Assembly: GCA_001662655.1 (NCBI GenBank)
Contig: KV460277.1
From: Pseudogymnoascus verrucosus
Lineage: Eukaryota
Reading direction: 5' to 3' (one strand)
DNA: 64,000 nt
The notes beneath the pieces were generated by a model. It searched no databases, was not told the origin of the DNA, and worked only from the letters and a program-made list of their open reading frames with translations. Shown piece by piece: positions 49,687-62,626 of the stretch (positions within the stretch are counted from its first letter, which is position 1; the number at the start of each line of letters is the position of its first letter). The translations under genes were made by a program, and so were the position numbers.

Positions 49687-50190
49687 GTACCCTATAAAGC
49701 TTGCATTGCTACAGCATTGGCCATTGGCCAAGCTCCAAAGGTGTTCGCAAAGTTACTTCAAGCTTGCTTATTACAAGATGATGCACTGCCACTGCGAAAC
49801 ATATCACGGGGATGCGGCTGGCAAGTATTGCGGGGCGACCCTTCTGCACGGATTTCCAAAATGGTACCTGCAAAAAGTCTGGCCCTTTAATGGTCATAAA
49901 AGAGATATTTATAGATTGAGTAGATACAACGAGCCTCCTGGCTGTAGATTTCCATGGTGTGGGCAGTTGCACTCGTACCCGTCTGGTATGTGGTACCTTA
50001 GTGTGGCAGGCCACAAATTTCCGCTCAATGTCAGTTGGATTTCTACAAACATCTAGGAGCGAAAGATTTTTGAAGGGAGATTCCTTATGTACAAGTTATC
50101 TACAGTATATAAAGGTATATAGCATGAAATCCGCACCGCAATATGTAGTAAATATCAACCTGACCACCAACGCCGCCATGCACTTCATAT

Positions 50191-52839
50191 CTAATCAACT
50201 CCAACCCACTCGAACCCACGCCTCACAGAATCCGTCATAATGGTACATTCATGAGCTCGAGTGGGGATAATCAGTGACTGGTCTCCTCCCACTTCCACAA
50301 AGTGCTCCTTTCCGCCAAATAAGTATTTCACCACTAACACCTTACTCGACAGTGGTGCAGGGTCCCAAAATCCCGTAAGCTTATTCCTGTCTACGCTCCG
50401 AGGGATGTTGAGCTGATCAGCATCCACGAGCGATGCGAGGGCGGTTGTTACATCCACCAGGACGCCATCTGTGCCTTTAGTGCCATACGATGCACTTAAT
50501 ATTACCAATCCGCCGGAGCGCCGCGCCTGTGCCTGGCGGTGCTCGACGGACGGTTTCAGGAGCGACATAACCTGTTCTGCCTCCTCGCGCTTTTTGGCAA
50601 TGTTCTGCTTTAACTTTGCGCGCTGTGATTTCAAAAGCCGCCGGCGCTTGCGTCGTATGCGAGGGCGAATGACCGCGAATTCCAGAGTTGTGTAGAGCGC
50701 CCAAGGTATGCCGACAGCAAGTAGAATGGCACTCGTGGTAACCTCTTCGAGGGGAATCAGAGCCACTGGGAAACTGATGTTTTGCTTTAAGCGACTCCAT
50801 GAGAAACTGCAATAGAGTCCTAAGTTTTGAGCCACGCCGACACTTAGGCCAACAGAGGTGAATGTTCCGATGCGCCTCTTGCCACTTACTGATGCAGAGA
50901 GGATTGCTGGCAATCCAACCTTGGCCTCAACTTCGAGGAGAATACCACGCGATTTGCCAACATGAAGCCCTGCGGGTTGAGGTATGACCTCACCGCTGTT
51001 ACTTATACGAGAGCGCACAGGCGGTTCATCGTATCGTGAGAAGACATCACAAAAATAAGACACACTGAGATGGACGCTTTCGGTGTGTGCTTGGACATAG
51101 ACATTAGTGCCGGACGAGGCTGTTCCAGACCCGTCATTAACGCCTGTAGCTTCTCCGTTAAAATTCCAATCGGCACCGAGCTTCATTAAAGGAGAGCCAC
51201 GGCCTTGAGTGACCCAGCGAACAGCATATGGCAAGTTTAGAGGTGCAGCACCTGCAAGTGACCGGGAAATTGATGCGGGCCACTCTTTCTCGCCTGATGC
51301 CCAAACAAAATAACCACGAGGGTTTCCCCGTACTCCTAGAGCCCGTTGTATGATGACGAATATCTCCGGAGGCCTAAGAATAAGAGAATCTTTTACTGTG
51401 GTGGTGACGGAGATAGTGAAAGGGGTCGTATCTGGTATGATGTACACTGGCCTTTCTAAGACAAGTGTTGTGGAAGCTGGGTGAGGAAGCATGCTGGTTT
51501 CCAGACGAAACGCCGTCCCTTGAAGCAGGGACGCGATGGAGTTGCCGTTACCATTGCCTAGAAGCTCTGGGAAAGTATGATGCAAGGCGACGCCAAACCC
51601 GATCTGTTGGGAAGCTATAGCGTAGTGACGATTAAAGTACGGTGGGAGCGAATTATCGCGCCGAGGCAAGACTGCGACAATATCTTGGACATCTCCGGAG
51701 ACACCACCTGTAATGGTCAACTTTGGAACAGAAGGGCTCAACGTATCGGCCCAGTCATTAGGCTCTGTTTCATCATCTCCTCCATTTAGACGCACTGATT
51801 GGCCTTGGAATAACTGCCGTACTGGTATCTCAAAAATACGACCGAGTTTTGGCAGTGGAAGTGTAAATGAGGACTCGAAACCAATCTCATCGACTCGGAG
51901 AGGTTGGTTAGGTAGTGGAATCTCCACATCACCACTGAGAACGACCCTGGTCTGCCTTACGAAATTGTCGGACGCATCGAGGCCGATCTTGAAATTCGAT
52001 TGGTGGTCAATAAGAGCTTCAATCGCGCGTCGCTCTCTCCGGTGCAAAATCCCAAGGAACCATTTTTTGAATTCTTCCGCACTCATGGCCTTCACAGACG
52101 AAAGCTGCTTCCTTGACTCGCCACCAGGCCCCATTGCCCCGCCTTCTCCGTACTCATTTTGAACCCCCTCTTCTCCTTCAATGTCATAAATGACTCTCTT
52201 CCTTGGCTCCGATAATGTCTCATATGCAAGCCTTAGACGCGCAAAGTGCCTTTCAGCGGAACCCTTGAGATAGTGCGGTTGTTTGTCAGGGTGGAATGCA
52301 AGGGAGAGTCTGTGATATGCGGCCTTTACTTGCGTGGCCGTGGGAGGGGGGTCCCTTGAAAGCCCCAGAATAGTATAATGATCCGCGAACTCGTCCCTAT
52401 TTGCTTGCAGAAGCTGGCGTATTTCGGCGTCTGAAATGTCCTGGAAAGAGTCCTCTTCTGGGCCGGCGATAGCAGCGGTATGGGCAGACAGGATGTCTGG
52501 CGTAGATTCCTCAGAGTCGGACTCATCCTCGTCCTCTTCTGGGACGGCGGCGGCAGTTGGGGCAGGTGGGATGTTCGCTGTCGGTTCTGTAGAATCGGGT
52601 TCATCCTCGTCGTCATCACCGAATTGAAACTCCTGCCTTGACGACGCGAATTGCTCATTGAGACTGTATCTTGAGTTCATCGAGCGCAAATCAACCGGGA
52701 TCTGCGCTCCATCATATGCACTGCTTGGATTCGAATCGGCGGGGCGCCCTCGTCTCTCGCGGGGAACCGCGGATTGCGGCTGGGCTGTAGGTCGGACCCT
52801 ATCTCTGTCCCCTCGGTCCCTGCGCGGACGGTCTGCCAT
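50191..52839 (-). CDS. DNAJC11-like J-domain protein
   Basis: J domain DHYTILGL...AYHRLSLAFHPDK...AYETLSEPRKRVIYD, and C-terminal GGLVILSASYG...GFWDPAPLSSKVLVVKYLFGG (DUF3395-type). Confidence 0.88.
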   Translation of the reverse strand: MADRPRRDRGDRDRVRPTAQPQSAVPRERRGRPADSNPSSAYDGAQIPVDLRSMNSRYSLNEQFASSRQEFQFGDDDEDEPDSTEPTANIPPAPTAAAVPEEDEDESDSEESTPDILSAHTAAIAGPEEDSFQDISDAEIRQLLQANRDEFADHYTILGLSRDPPPTATQVKAAYHRLSLAFHPDKQPHYLKGSAERHFARLRLAYETLSEPRKRVIYDIEGEEGVQNEYGEGGAMGPGGESRKQLSSVKAMSAEEFKKWFLGILHRRERRAIEALIDHQSNFKIGLDASDNFVRQTRVVLSGDVEIPLPNQPLRVDEIGFESSFTLPLPKLGRIFEIPVRQLFQGQSVRLNGGDDETEPNDWADTLSPSVPKLTITGGVSGDVQDIVAVLPRRDNSLPPYFNRHYAIASQQIGFGVALHHTFPELLGNGNGNSIASLLQGTAFRLETSMLPHPASTTLVLERPVYIIPDTTPFTISVTTTVKDSLILRPPEIFVIIQRALGVRGNPRGYFVWASGEKEWPASISRSLAGAAPLNLPYAVRWVTQGRGSPLMKLGADWNFNGEATGVNDGSGTASSGTNVYVQAHTESVHLSVSYFCDVFSRYDEPPVRSRISNSGEVIPQPAGLHVGKSRGILLEVEAKVGLPAILSASVSGKRRIGTFTSVGLSVGVAQNLGLYCSFSWSRLKQNISFPVALIPLEEVTTSAILLAVGIPWALYTTLEFAVIRPRIRRKRRRLLKSQRAKLKQNIAKKREEAEQVMSLLKPSVEHRQAQARRSGGLVILSASYGTKGTDGVLVDVTTALASLVDADQLNIPRSVDRNKLTGFWDPAPLSSKVLVVKYLFGGKEHFVEVGGDQSLIIPTRAHECTIMTDSVRRGFEWVGVD

Positions 52840-53235
52840 GGCGGGATACCGTTTGCGCCCATCGATGGCTGCAAGTTGAGTTTTGTGAATAAATCCGGAG
52901 ATGCGATGCGCGTCGTCTATCGTACCTTTTCTATATGCAGCTTGGTGCGACAGCAACCACTTGAGCAAGTCCAAGCGCAAATCTACATGGTACAGACATG
53001 CACAGTGTGGCGCTAGCGCCCGCCATACCCGCCATGAGACGACAGTTGTGAAAGCATATCCCTACCACTGGGATAAGATACAGTCACAGCAAGAATGACA
53101 TGAAGACATTCGGGGCCGTTAAAAGACTCTACAACCTCTTATATTTTTCGAGAACCTGTGTAGCTTATTGTCCGGGGCAAAAAGCGCCGGTGTGAATCCT
53201 ATCCGACCTTGCCACCGCGTTATATTTGAAGGACG

Positions 53236-55303
53236 GTGGGTGCGGCCGCATGGTCTAGATATACGAATAGGATGCCCTCAAACATGGTATATGCCACGCA
53301 TGATGTCAATAGCAACAATGGCGATACATTGTCTGCCCCAAAAGCATCACAGGCATGCCTCTCTTGCAGGAGACAGAAGCGTCGATGTGATAAAAAGATA
53401 CCAGCTTGCTCCCTGTGCGAACGCATGAATAGGGCATGCGACTATTCCGATGCATCACCAGCACCGACGTCTGACGATTTTAATGTCCTACAACAACGGG
53501 TGCTTGAACTGGAAGGGCGGCTATTAGGTGCTGCTGCTGGGAATGGTTCGGGTCATGGACAGAGCTACCTGCACACACCTGCAAGTACCATATCGACGTT
53601 GAGCGCAGGCGTTCAACAGCCACCCACGCCTGCTTATACCCCTAGCCCGTCGTATCAGCCGGTGCACAATAGGTTCCCCGCTATTGCTTTCTTGGAGGCG
53701 GAGAGTTTCACCCGTGGGCGCATAGAAGCTCCCAGTGCCCAGATCGAAATACCATTAGTGAGTAACCATATACCTGTTTTACTAGACGGACAGATCTAGA
53801 AATATGATTTGTACGACTACATCTGCTATCTAAGACGGTAGCTACGTATGAAATTACTGAAAAACACTGTTCCAATGTTAATTTAGCTGTCTAACTGCTC
53901 TATAGGAAGTCCTAGAACTCCTTGGCGATGGCTCCGTTGTCCAGACTGTTATCAGAGACTACTTTGATACAGTGCATACTTGGATGCCAATTATATCCAA
54001 AAAGCGCCTCACAAGAAATATGCTCAATCCTATGTGGGAAGCCGGACCAGATTTAGCCCTTCTTTTTCTTTGTATGAAATTGATAGCTCAACATCCCCTG
54101 GATGACCCGGAAAATATATACAACCCTATATATGCCGCCGCCAAACGGTTCATATCTTCCTTGGAGGCCAGTGGGATAGTATCACTCATGGTGCTCCAAG
54201 CATATATTCTTGTGGCACTATATGAGTTGGGGCACTCTATATACCCGGCTGCGTGGATGACCGTCGGTGCCTGTGCTAGATATGGCCAGGTTCTTGGCGT
54301 CCACGACTCTGAGCGAGCTCCCCAACTTCTACCTCTCGTGGTAAGTAGCTCCCAACGATGGTTTCGATGCCTATCTAACATGATGCAGTCCTCGTGGACA
54401 GAGCTGGAAGAGAGGAGGCGCTCTTGGTGGGGCGTCATTATCCTCGACAGGTATAGAAGCAGTCACTCCGTATATTAGACTATTTCTAATGACTCACGCT
54501 AGGGTGATTTCCATTGGAAGCAAAGGGCGGGTTTTGGCTTGCGAAGATCCTCGCGATACAGCAGCACTACCGGCGACAACATCGGCTTGGGTAATACTTC
54601 TAGTTGATAAGTTTCTGCTCAATGTACTGACCTTTATCAGGATGAAGGGCAAATGGCATCTCAGAATCCGCCGAGCGTATCTTCACCTATGTCCGACCCA
54701 CTCTGCCCATTTGCTCGCCTTTGCCAGGCATCCCGACTACTAGGTAAGGTACTTCGCCATCACAGCGAGCGGGATATGCAAGAGACGGAGCGCTTCCAAC
54801 AGGCTTCAGATCTCTACCTAGAGCTCTCTGACCTTGCACGCATATTGGTCCACCAAGCCGCCATGCCACAAGAGTACCTAAGTTTTTCCACGCCTATGTC
54901 CGTATGCTTCAGCGCACTTTGCGCCTTGTGCGATCCGTATGCCTGCCATGTCTCAGGGGATAAGCCTACCACTCCAGAAGAAGGCAAAATGCAGACCCAA
55001 GCAGTCGATGGGCTGAAAACGGTTTCAAGCAGCATCAAGGAGTTTTCAGACCATCTGGTTTCGCAAACAACAAATCACCTCGACATTGAACGAGTGAGCC
55101 CCTTTGTCATGGAGACCTTGTACACCGCAGGTGCCAACTTTGCATGGGATGTGAGAGAAAGTGGCAATGAAAGCTCCCAGGAGACCCTGGACTCTCTCCG
55201 ACAGAGCCTAGGGAGGTTTAGTGGAAAATGGAAATGCTCCCAGGCATATTTACGAATACTAGAAGCCCAAGAGTTTACTTATGCTGCTGTTGCCAGCGGG
55301 TGA
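53236..55303 (+). CDS. Zn(II)2Cys6 fungal transcription factor
   Basis: ACLSCRRQKRRCDKKIPACSLCERMNRAC; middle homology region YFDTVHTWMPIIS...EERRRSWWGVIILDR. Confidence 0.92.
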
Positions 55304-55857
55304 GCTGCAGGTGCCAGTTCAGGGGTGGCAAGAGGCTATGCTATGCCCATGAACTGTTGTGTTGTGCATTGACAATGGGTTTCTTCATAACAATAACCAG
55401 CGTCACTTAGATGAGAGTTGGGCTAGGAAACGGGCCATATCCCCAGCAGAAAAATGTTGTCAATAATAAGCTTGACACACGTACACATACTTGCACCAAG
55501 GTGCAGGAATATGCCATCTGAAACCGCACATAATGCAAAGCAGCTGCAGATCCTGTTTTTTTATAAATAAAATACTACTAAAAACATATCGTGTATTCTC
55601 ATGTGATAGGTATAGATCGATACCTTATCGCCCTTGTCCATGTTCAATTGCCTTGGATTTTGAGGATAATGGAAAAATGTCACGTGATCAAGCATTGTTT
55701 TTGTACTTGGCAATTATGGCCCTGAATTATGACGATTTTGTCACCGGGCCCGAGCGTCGCCGAGCTCTGGTGGAGATCCCGGAGGAACTTTCTGTTGCGC
55801 CTTAACTTGATAAAGTCAATTCAACCACAAACATTCAATTGACTCTGTTATATCAAG

Positions 55858-56972
55858 ATGTTTGCACGCCAGGCCTTCAGGGCCGCTCAGCAGCCGCTAA
55901 AATCAGTAAGTTGCCCAATTTTACGAGACCGATAGCAGCCAATTAACAACTGCTCCAGCAATACCGTCGTTATGCCACCGAGCCGGCGCCAGGCGGTTCC
56001 TCGAACATCCTGGTCTATGCTGCCGTCGCAGCCGCAGCCGCTGGTGGAAGCTACTTCTATTTCAACCAAAAGGGAAGCACAGACAAGATCAAGGAGGGCT
56101 TACAGAAGGCCGAGGAGAAGGTCAGAGGACCAGCCAAGGACGCCCTGACTGGTGGTGACCAAGGATGGGTCAGCTTGAGGCTGGCAAAGGTCGAGAACGT
56201 CAACCACAACACGAAGAAGTTCTTTTTCGATCTGCCTGATGAGGACGATGTCAGCGGCTTAAAGGTGGCATCTGCCATCTTGACCAAGTATAAGGGACCA
56301 GAGATGGAGAAGCCGGTCATCCGCCCATACACTCCAGTTAGCGACGAAGGTGAGCTTGCATAGCACTCATATTATATAACGTTTCTAACCAGCGGAATAG
56401 ATGAGAGGGGCCACTTCACCCTCTTGGTTAAGAAATACGCCAATGGACCAATGTCCACCCACCTACACGACATGAAGCCCGACCAGCGTCTTGACGTCAA
56501 GGGCCCAATCCCAAAGTACCCCTGGACCGCCAACAAGCATGACCACATCGCGCTTGTAGCCGGAGGAACTGGTATCACCCCCATGTACCAACTTACCCGC
56601 GCCATCTTCAACAACCCCGAGGACAAGACCAAGGTGACCCTCGTCTACGGTAACGTGACCGAGGATGACATCCTGCTCAAGCGCGAGCTCGAGGACCTCG
56701 AGAACACCTACCCCCAACGTCTCCGCGTCTTCTACACCCTTGACAACCCCCCCAAGGATGCACCCAACTTCCAGAAGGGATTCATCACCAAGGAGCTCCT
56801 GAAGACCGTGCTCCCAGAGCCAAAGTCCGAGAACATCAAGGTCTTTGTCTGTGGACCACCGGGCATGTACAAGGCTATTTCGGGCGACAAGAAGAGCCCG
56901 AGGGACCAAGGAGAGTTGACTGGTATTCTGAGCGAATTGGGATACAGCAAGGACCAGGTTTACAAGTTCTAA
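55858..56972 (+). CDS. MCR1: Mitochondrial NADH-cytochrome b5 reductase 2
   Basis: Presequence [53 protein letters not shown]. Confidence 0.95.
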
Positions 56973-57343
56973 ATCCAGAATAAAGCAGGCTAGACTGAGA
57001 CACGCATATGCGCTGCATGGAATGATAGATAGTATGTACGTTTACTAGCGATGGTATACACCATTCTGCAATTAGATGCATTATTGTACTTGTCCACCAC
57101 CTGCCTCTCTCAATGTTGCTGAGCAATAACATGATCTGCGGTACTGTGGTCTGATGAGAGCACCTGGAGTGCTGAAGTTCGCTGTGCCAGGCTGCCAGCG
57201 AATACATATCTCTATCAATCAATCTGTCAAGTCCTCATCCATGCATACGACCTCACCAGATCAAAGGCGAAACGGGGTTCAATACACGGTGGGAGTTCCC
57301 CCGAGTTACTAATCCATTGGTTTAAAAGCTACAATACATATAA

Positions 57344-58207
57344 CAGCTAATATCATAAATGGGCCTCTTTTTAATTCAAATATCATAAGTAGGCCTCTTT
57401 TTAATATACTATCAGGAATGGGCCTCTTTTTTTCTTATCGCTCACTGCCTATATCATATTACGCGAGTAAAAACTCTAACTGCCTCTATTTACATTTTAT
57501 ATTTAAGTATTCCTAGCTATATATTACTATATCCTTACTAGTATAATGTCTACTCTAGTAATAGGTAATGTTTTCCCTTTAATGAAAGAAGCTAAGCTAT
57601 CTATTATAGCTACTCTTAAAGACAACAGGTAATCGTACTAGACTAAGACCTTAAAGCTAATGAGATTTGTCTTAAAATGTAAGACTGTTAAAGACTAAGA
57701 AGAATAGGAGGAAGATATACTATACTATGAATTTAAGGTATAGTAAACATTATAGTAAACATAGGATATACTAACTATCTTTAGATACGTTATATTACCT
57801 TAAAATTATAATTAAAGGGCCCTATTACATTAATTACTAAGTTACGTCATTATGCTTGTCCTCTATCTATCTACTATAACTTTAAGGGAAATAGCTAGGT
57901 TAAATATCTCACTTAACATCATTCTAAGAGTGTAGCTATTAATCGTCTTATTACAGTTGCATAAATCTAAAGCAATGAGCAGGAGATATCTAGAAATATA
58001 ATCAGCTATCTTATAGCATATATTTAAATTAGCAACTTCAATTAGCGCTGGAAAATCAAAGTTAGGTGATGCTTGGTCATATGACTAGTAGAATAATCAG
58101 GCACATGTATGATGAGAAAAAAAAGAGGCCTATTCCTAATATTATATTAAAAAGAGGCCTATTTATGATATTTGAATTAAAAAGAGGCCCATTTATGATA
58201 TTAGCTG
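57344..58207 (+). mobile_element. RIP-degraded, internally deleted Mutator-like element (864 bp)
   Basis: ~90-bp TIRs (cagctaatatcataaatgggcctcttttt...) with three internal repeats. 9-bp TSD tacatataa (57335-57343) / tacatatga (58208-58216). Decayed MuDR-type N-terminus MSTLVIGNVFPLMKEAKLSII...RFVLKC from ~57546. Confidence 0.88.
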
Positions 58208-58724
58208 TACATATGACAGAGCTGTGGGAGAATATAATAAAGTATTTTATGCTACCAGAGCGAACCATATGGAACATAATGCGCTCAATCTATGCTTGAT
58301 ATATGTGCCATCTACCTTCTACCCAAATAGAGTGATTGGCAACATCTCCATCATAAAAAGGAACCAGGCATACGCCAACGCCATAATAACCCCCGGCCCA
58401 TTATCCAACCGCCTTACACCCCAAGGCGCCCCGAGAAAGTGACAGGAATTAGGGCCTTTAAACCAAGACAGAGCCTCCGTGGGAGATTAAACATATTATG
58501 GAAGGCCAGGAAAAGAATAGAAATTATCTTCTTGCAACTTAAAAAAGGGTATCGGTGCTAGCATGCTGGCAAATGAGAAACGAATTGAGATGAGAAACGG
58601 GATAAGGTCGTCCAGCGTGTGCTTCCATTAGTCGCTGGAGCACAAAGTACGAAGGGAATTTGAAGGCATAGCTCGGTGTGCAAGCTGTCACTCGTCATTT
58701 ATTAAAAGTGCCGTGTGATAATGG

Positions 58725-60823
58725 TCAATTTTGAAGGCGTGGCTGCACGCATGACCGATGCCACCAATCCAAATCTTGAGGTTCTCGCCAATTTACTTTG
58801 AAATCTTGGGCAATATCACCAGTGGGAATAGGAGTACTGTATGATGATAGGTAGCCATCGTTTTCAAAACGTTGTAGGTTGGGATGAGTTTGCCACATAT
58901 TAGCGTTTTGCTCGAAGCCGTGGAGGTTGGCGGGGTCGCTGTCGACCATGTAGTTCATATGTAGAGCTTGCTCTGCAATGGCCCCATCACTTTGTTGAGT
59001 GCTATGAGGCATAAAGGTCATGTTCTCGGGCACTATATCCTCGTGTGTTGGATTGCCGTATTGAGAAAATGGCGACGGCTGAGCGGGCGAGTTGGAAGGT
59101 GTTATAAGATCATTGGGTACGGAGTCGTAATATATAGGCTGGATGGAAAGTAATGGTGCACGACCCGTGGTATTGAAGTTATTGTCCATTGCAGCTTGCA
59201 TGTCCTGGCTATTGTCTGGATGAGGAGACAACAATGACTGTCCCAGAGGAGCTGTGTGGATGTGACGCCACGTAATCAGCCCTCTCTCATCTTGGTTGGC
59301 CTTGTTGAATGTCCAAACCAATATAACCTTCTTCGTCCAAGAGCGGCCGTAGTCGGTCGATGAGAAGACCTCCTGGTACATGGTCATCTGGTCAATGTAT
59401 TGGCGAGCTCCCACTTGAACTGGATGGTATAGTCCACCTCGTTGACTTTCCTCAAACTGCCCCTGAAAGTCGTCCATCTTTCCGAGAGCGTGTGCCCATG
59501 GAAGAGCGGGAAATGCCAAACGCATTATAGCGCCAGTGCCCTCCTCGAATCGGTCCACATGGAGTGGGGAATTATTGGTTGAAATTAGATCCGACCCAGA
59601 AGCGCCGAACAAGTCTTTGTGCCTTTGTACGGTTTGTACGCTGCGCCACTTCAAATGGCTTTTATTCGACGGAACGGCTATTTCGAAGTTACCCAATAAC
59701 TCAGCCTCCGCAGGAGCACTAGCATATCTCAGAGTCAAAGAAACATCGACGTGGATGAGGCTGCAACCCAAACCGCGGGCTGCCGCCGAGCCATGTACGA
59801 TTTGAGGAAATTGTCGGCGCCAGTTTGGTAGCGATTCTTCAATGCCGGTCGGACTTAACACGAGTGGTTCTGGGTCCAAGTACTCGTGTAGACGCTCGTA
59901 ATGGCCATTGAATTTCGGAATCGACATGCACAGATCAAACAGGCAGGGCCGTATCGATGCCATGCTAATGGGCGAGGGTGCTGAACGCCAGTGGGGCAAT
60001 GTATTGTTCGCAAGGGCTATGAGGCATGGATCGTTGTTCAGCATGTCCCTGTTGCTACACTTTGGCTTCTCGTCCGCCGAGCGGAATATATGCTGGACTG
60101 GGTCTAATTAGCCTGAGAAAGGGCTCAAGAAGCGAAGTATACTTACAGGCAGGATCAGTCCGTATGTACCCTTTCAAGACCTGGATGTGACTGGAGACCT
60201 GCTTCTGGGTACGGCGTTTCGTTTTATCAGGGCGGACATTGGGTGGCAGCGATTTCTCATACGCAATCCACATGTATAATGCTATCAACTGGTTGCGCCC
60301 GTGGGGTTTCCCGTTGATTTGGAACATGAGTTTACCCATCATTGGGACGTCAAGGAAAGCTGTGATTGTTAACATGACGTCCGCTAATCATCGGGGCGGG
60401 CCAAATACCATCTAGAAACGCCTCCTCCAAGTCCGCAGACCACTTCTGACCATCTTGTTGCTGATCCTGCTTCGTTCGGTATGCCCTGTACTGCGACGAC
60501 TGGGTGATTATCCTGCGGTAACGCCTGGCTCGTTGAATTCTTGAGTTGGTTCGTCTATTAGAATGGCCTTGCTCCATCCGCGAGTGTTGGGCGATAGAAT
60601 GCGATGGGGGGTATGGCAAGATAGCCTTCGGCGAGTTATCCTCAAGCTTAGGTTGCATCATCCTTTCAGCGTCGTAGGTGTCGAATTGGGCAGTATTTGG
60701 ATGCTTTGTATCTTGGGAAGTCATGGAGAACGGCGACAGAAGCCCCGTATTCTCTACTGGCGATAGTAGTGGCATCTGTTGTGACGTGTAGTTCTGTACC
60801 GGTGCATGCCAACCTTGTGCCAT
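58725..60823 (-). CDS. abaA: AbaA-like TEA/ATTS transcription factor; 3 exons
   Basis: QKWSADLEEAFLD|AFLDVPMMG...KPHGRNQLIA...RRTQKQVSSHIQVLK TEA domain. Confidence 0.8.
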
Positions 60824-62626
60824 TGAATGGAATCAATGCAATTTGTTGTGCTGGTCAGTCAATTCTGACCAGTGAGAGACGCAAAGTAACGAGGGATGGA
60901 AGTGCCTTCAACAGCGTAGCCAATAGAACAGCCACGCAAGGAGCGATAAGGTATAACGCCCCTCTATTGTGTATGCAGACAGAGAGGGAGGTTGGTTCTT
61001 GTAACTAGTAACGACTGTAGTAGGGAAAGAGAATGGAAGCTGTCTGCACACTGGGGCCAGTAAGAAAAGATTAAAAGAGCGGGAATGTCGACCATGGAAT
61101 TGAGAATGACGAGCCAGCCGGCAGTCGAGCTTATAAGAAGAAAAGCAAGCCCGCACGAACGCCCGTGCCAAAAAGTAAGATCGATCGGAAGGTGATGCGG
61201 TATAGATCTGCCCGTGATCCCGAGAAACATGTCTCTCAGGAAGCAGAGAAGGGAAGGAGAAGTAAACTAACTTGGACAGGGCAGTAGAAGATAGCAATAT
61301 GCGGAAGCATGAGACAGCTGAGAAGGGGAACCTCTATGGTTGTGTGCCCTCTCGAATGACCCTTTTCGGCGTCGAACCGTTGAGCACTGCCCATACCAGA
61401 CAACATGGACAGTCAGTGCACACGCGGCATTGTACCTAGAGCGAATAAGGGCCGTGGCCGAGGTGACTATTGGGCAGATGCATGTCAGTAAATGGGGGTT
61501 GAAGCAAGGAGAAGTCTATGCTCCGATCGATCTAAATGATAGACGACGGCGAATCTAGAAAACAATGGATTGACTTTACTGTCTTTGACCACCTCCGCGT
61601 TTCTAGTTTGACACTCATATTGGAGTCAAGGTAAACTGATCGCACGTCATATGCGTAGCAAGTACTATGATGAAGACGTGGAAATGCTCATATTCTCATC
61701 CCGATCCCGTCTAAATACTTCCACATTCAACCCAAAATGAGAAATATACCGTGCTCAAAGGCTATGATGTTAGTCTATCTTTCAATGTGGGGGTTGTTGT
61801 ATTGATTAGTCAGCTCCCTTACCTTGGTCTGCCTCTTGTAGTATTGCGGCCTATCAGGAACGTTGGAGGGCAGGGAGTCAAGGGGTATAATTGAGGGGCA
61901 ACAAACAAGGGATGAGGGATGCTTCTATGTTATATGTATAGAGTACAAATAAAGGATACACACGCATTAGCCATTATATCTGAAAACAGTCTTCCATGCA
62001 TGAGGTAGGGGGAACGTTTCAGTTCATGTCTACGCCTTCTATGAATTGGTGCTCTAATATCTAATTTTATTTTGGCCAGGACAAGCCAGAGCCTCAATCC
62101 TGATGTGAGACCAAAAGGTGCACCGTAAAACACTCCTCATCAGGCAGGTTGAGACTAGGTAGGGCCTCACAATAGACTTGTCATATTAGATGACTGATGC
62201 GGGAGGGATCTAGGATGTTCCGTCTGATGGCATGAGCAACAATTTCGATCATGAGACTGTACTACTATGGTAGGCAGCGCCCGATATCTCTCGAACCGCC
62301 TTTGTTGACAGGTTGACCAAAAACACATTCCGAGTCAAGGTACAGCCATCACCGTTTATGATTGCCTTCCGTGTGACCCCCCCACCTTTGCATTTCCTGC
62401 TAGGATAATATTCTGAAACGCATACGCCTTCGACATTTCAGGGCAATGCTCCGAAGGCGTCGAGTATGTTCATCACATATTACTCAGCCGCTGTGCCTGT
62501 AAGCTGTACGACACAACGCTTTGTTCTTTCGAACACCATAAAGAACATCACAGACCAACTTTATTTGTGCGGCGGCCGCAACCGGATCCGATTGCTCAAT
62601 ATTTTGATTTATTTGTAGCACAGGAC

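Noticed and set aside
56463..56909. Long antisense ORFs over MCR1, and similar ones over XYL1, GCN5 and SDS22
   Set aside because: These are shadows of strong codon bias in the sense genes, with no recognisable domains.
57243..57310. catacgacc resembles the start of fungal 5S rRNA
   Set aside because: Similarity ends after ~9 nt, with no internal boxes or complementary 3' end.
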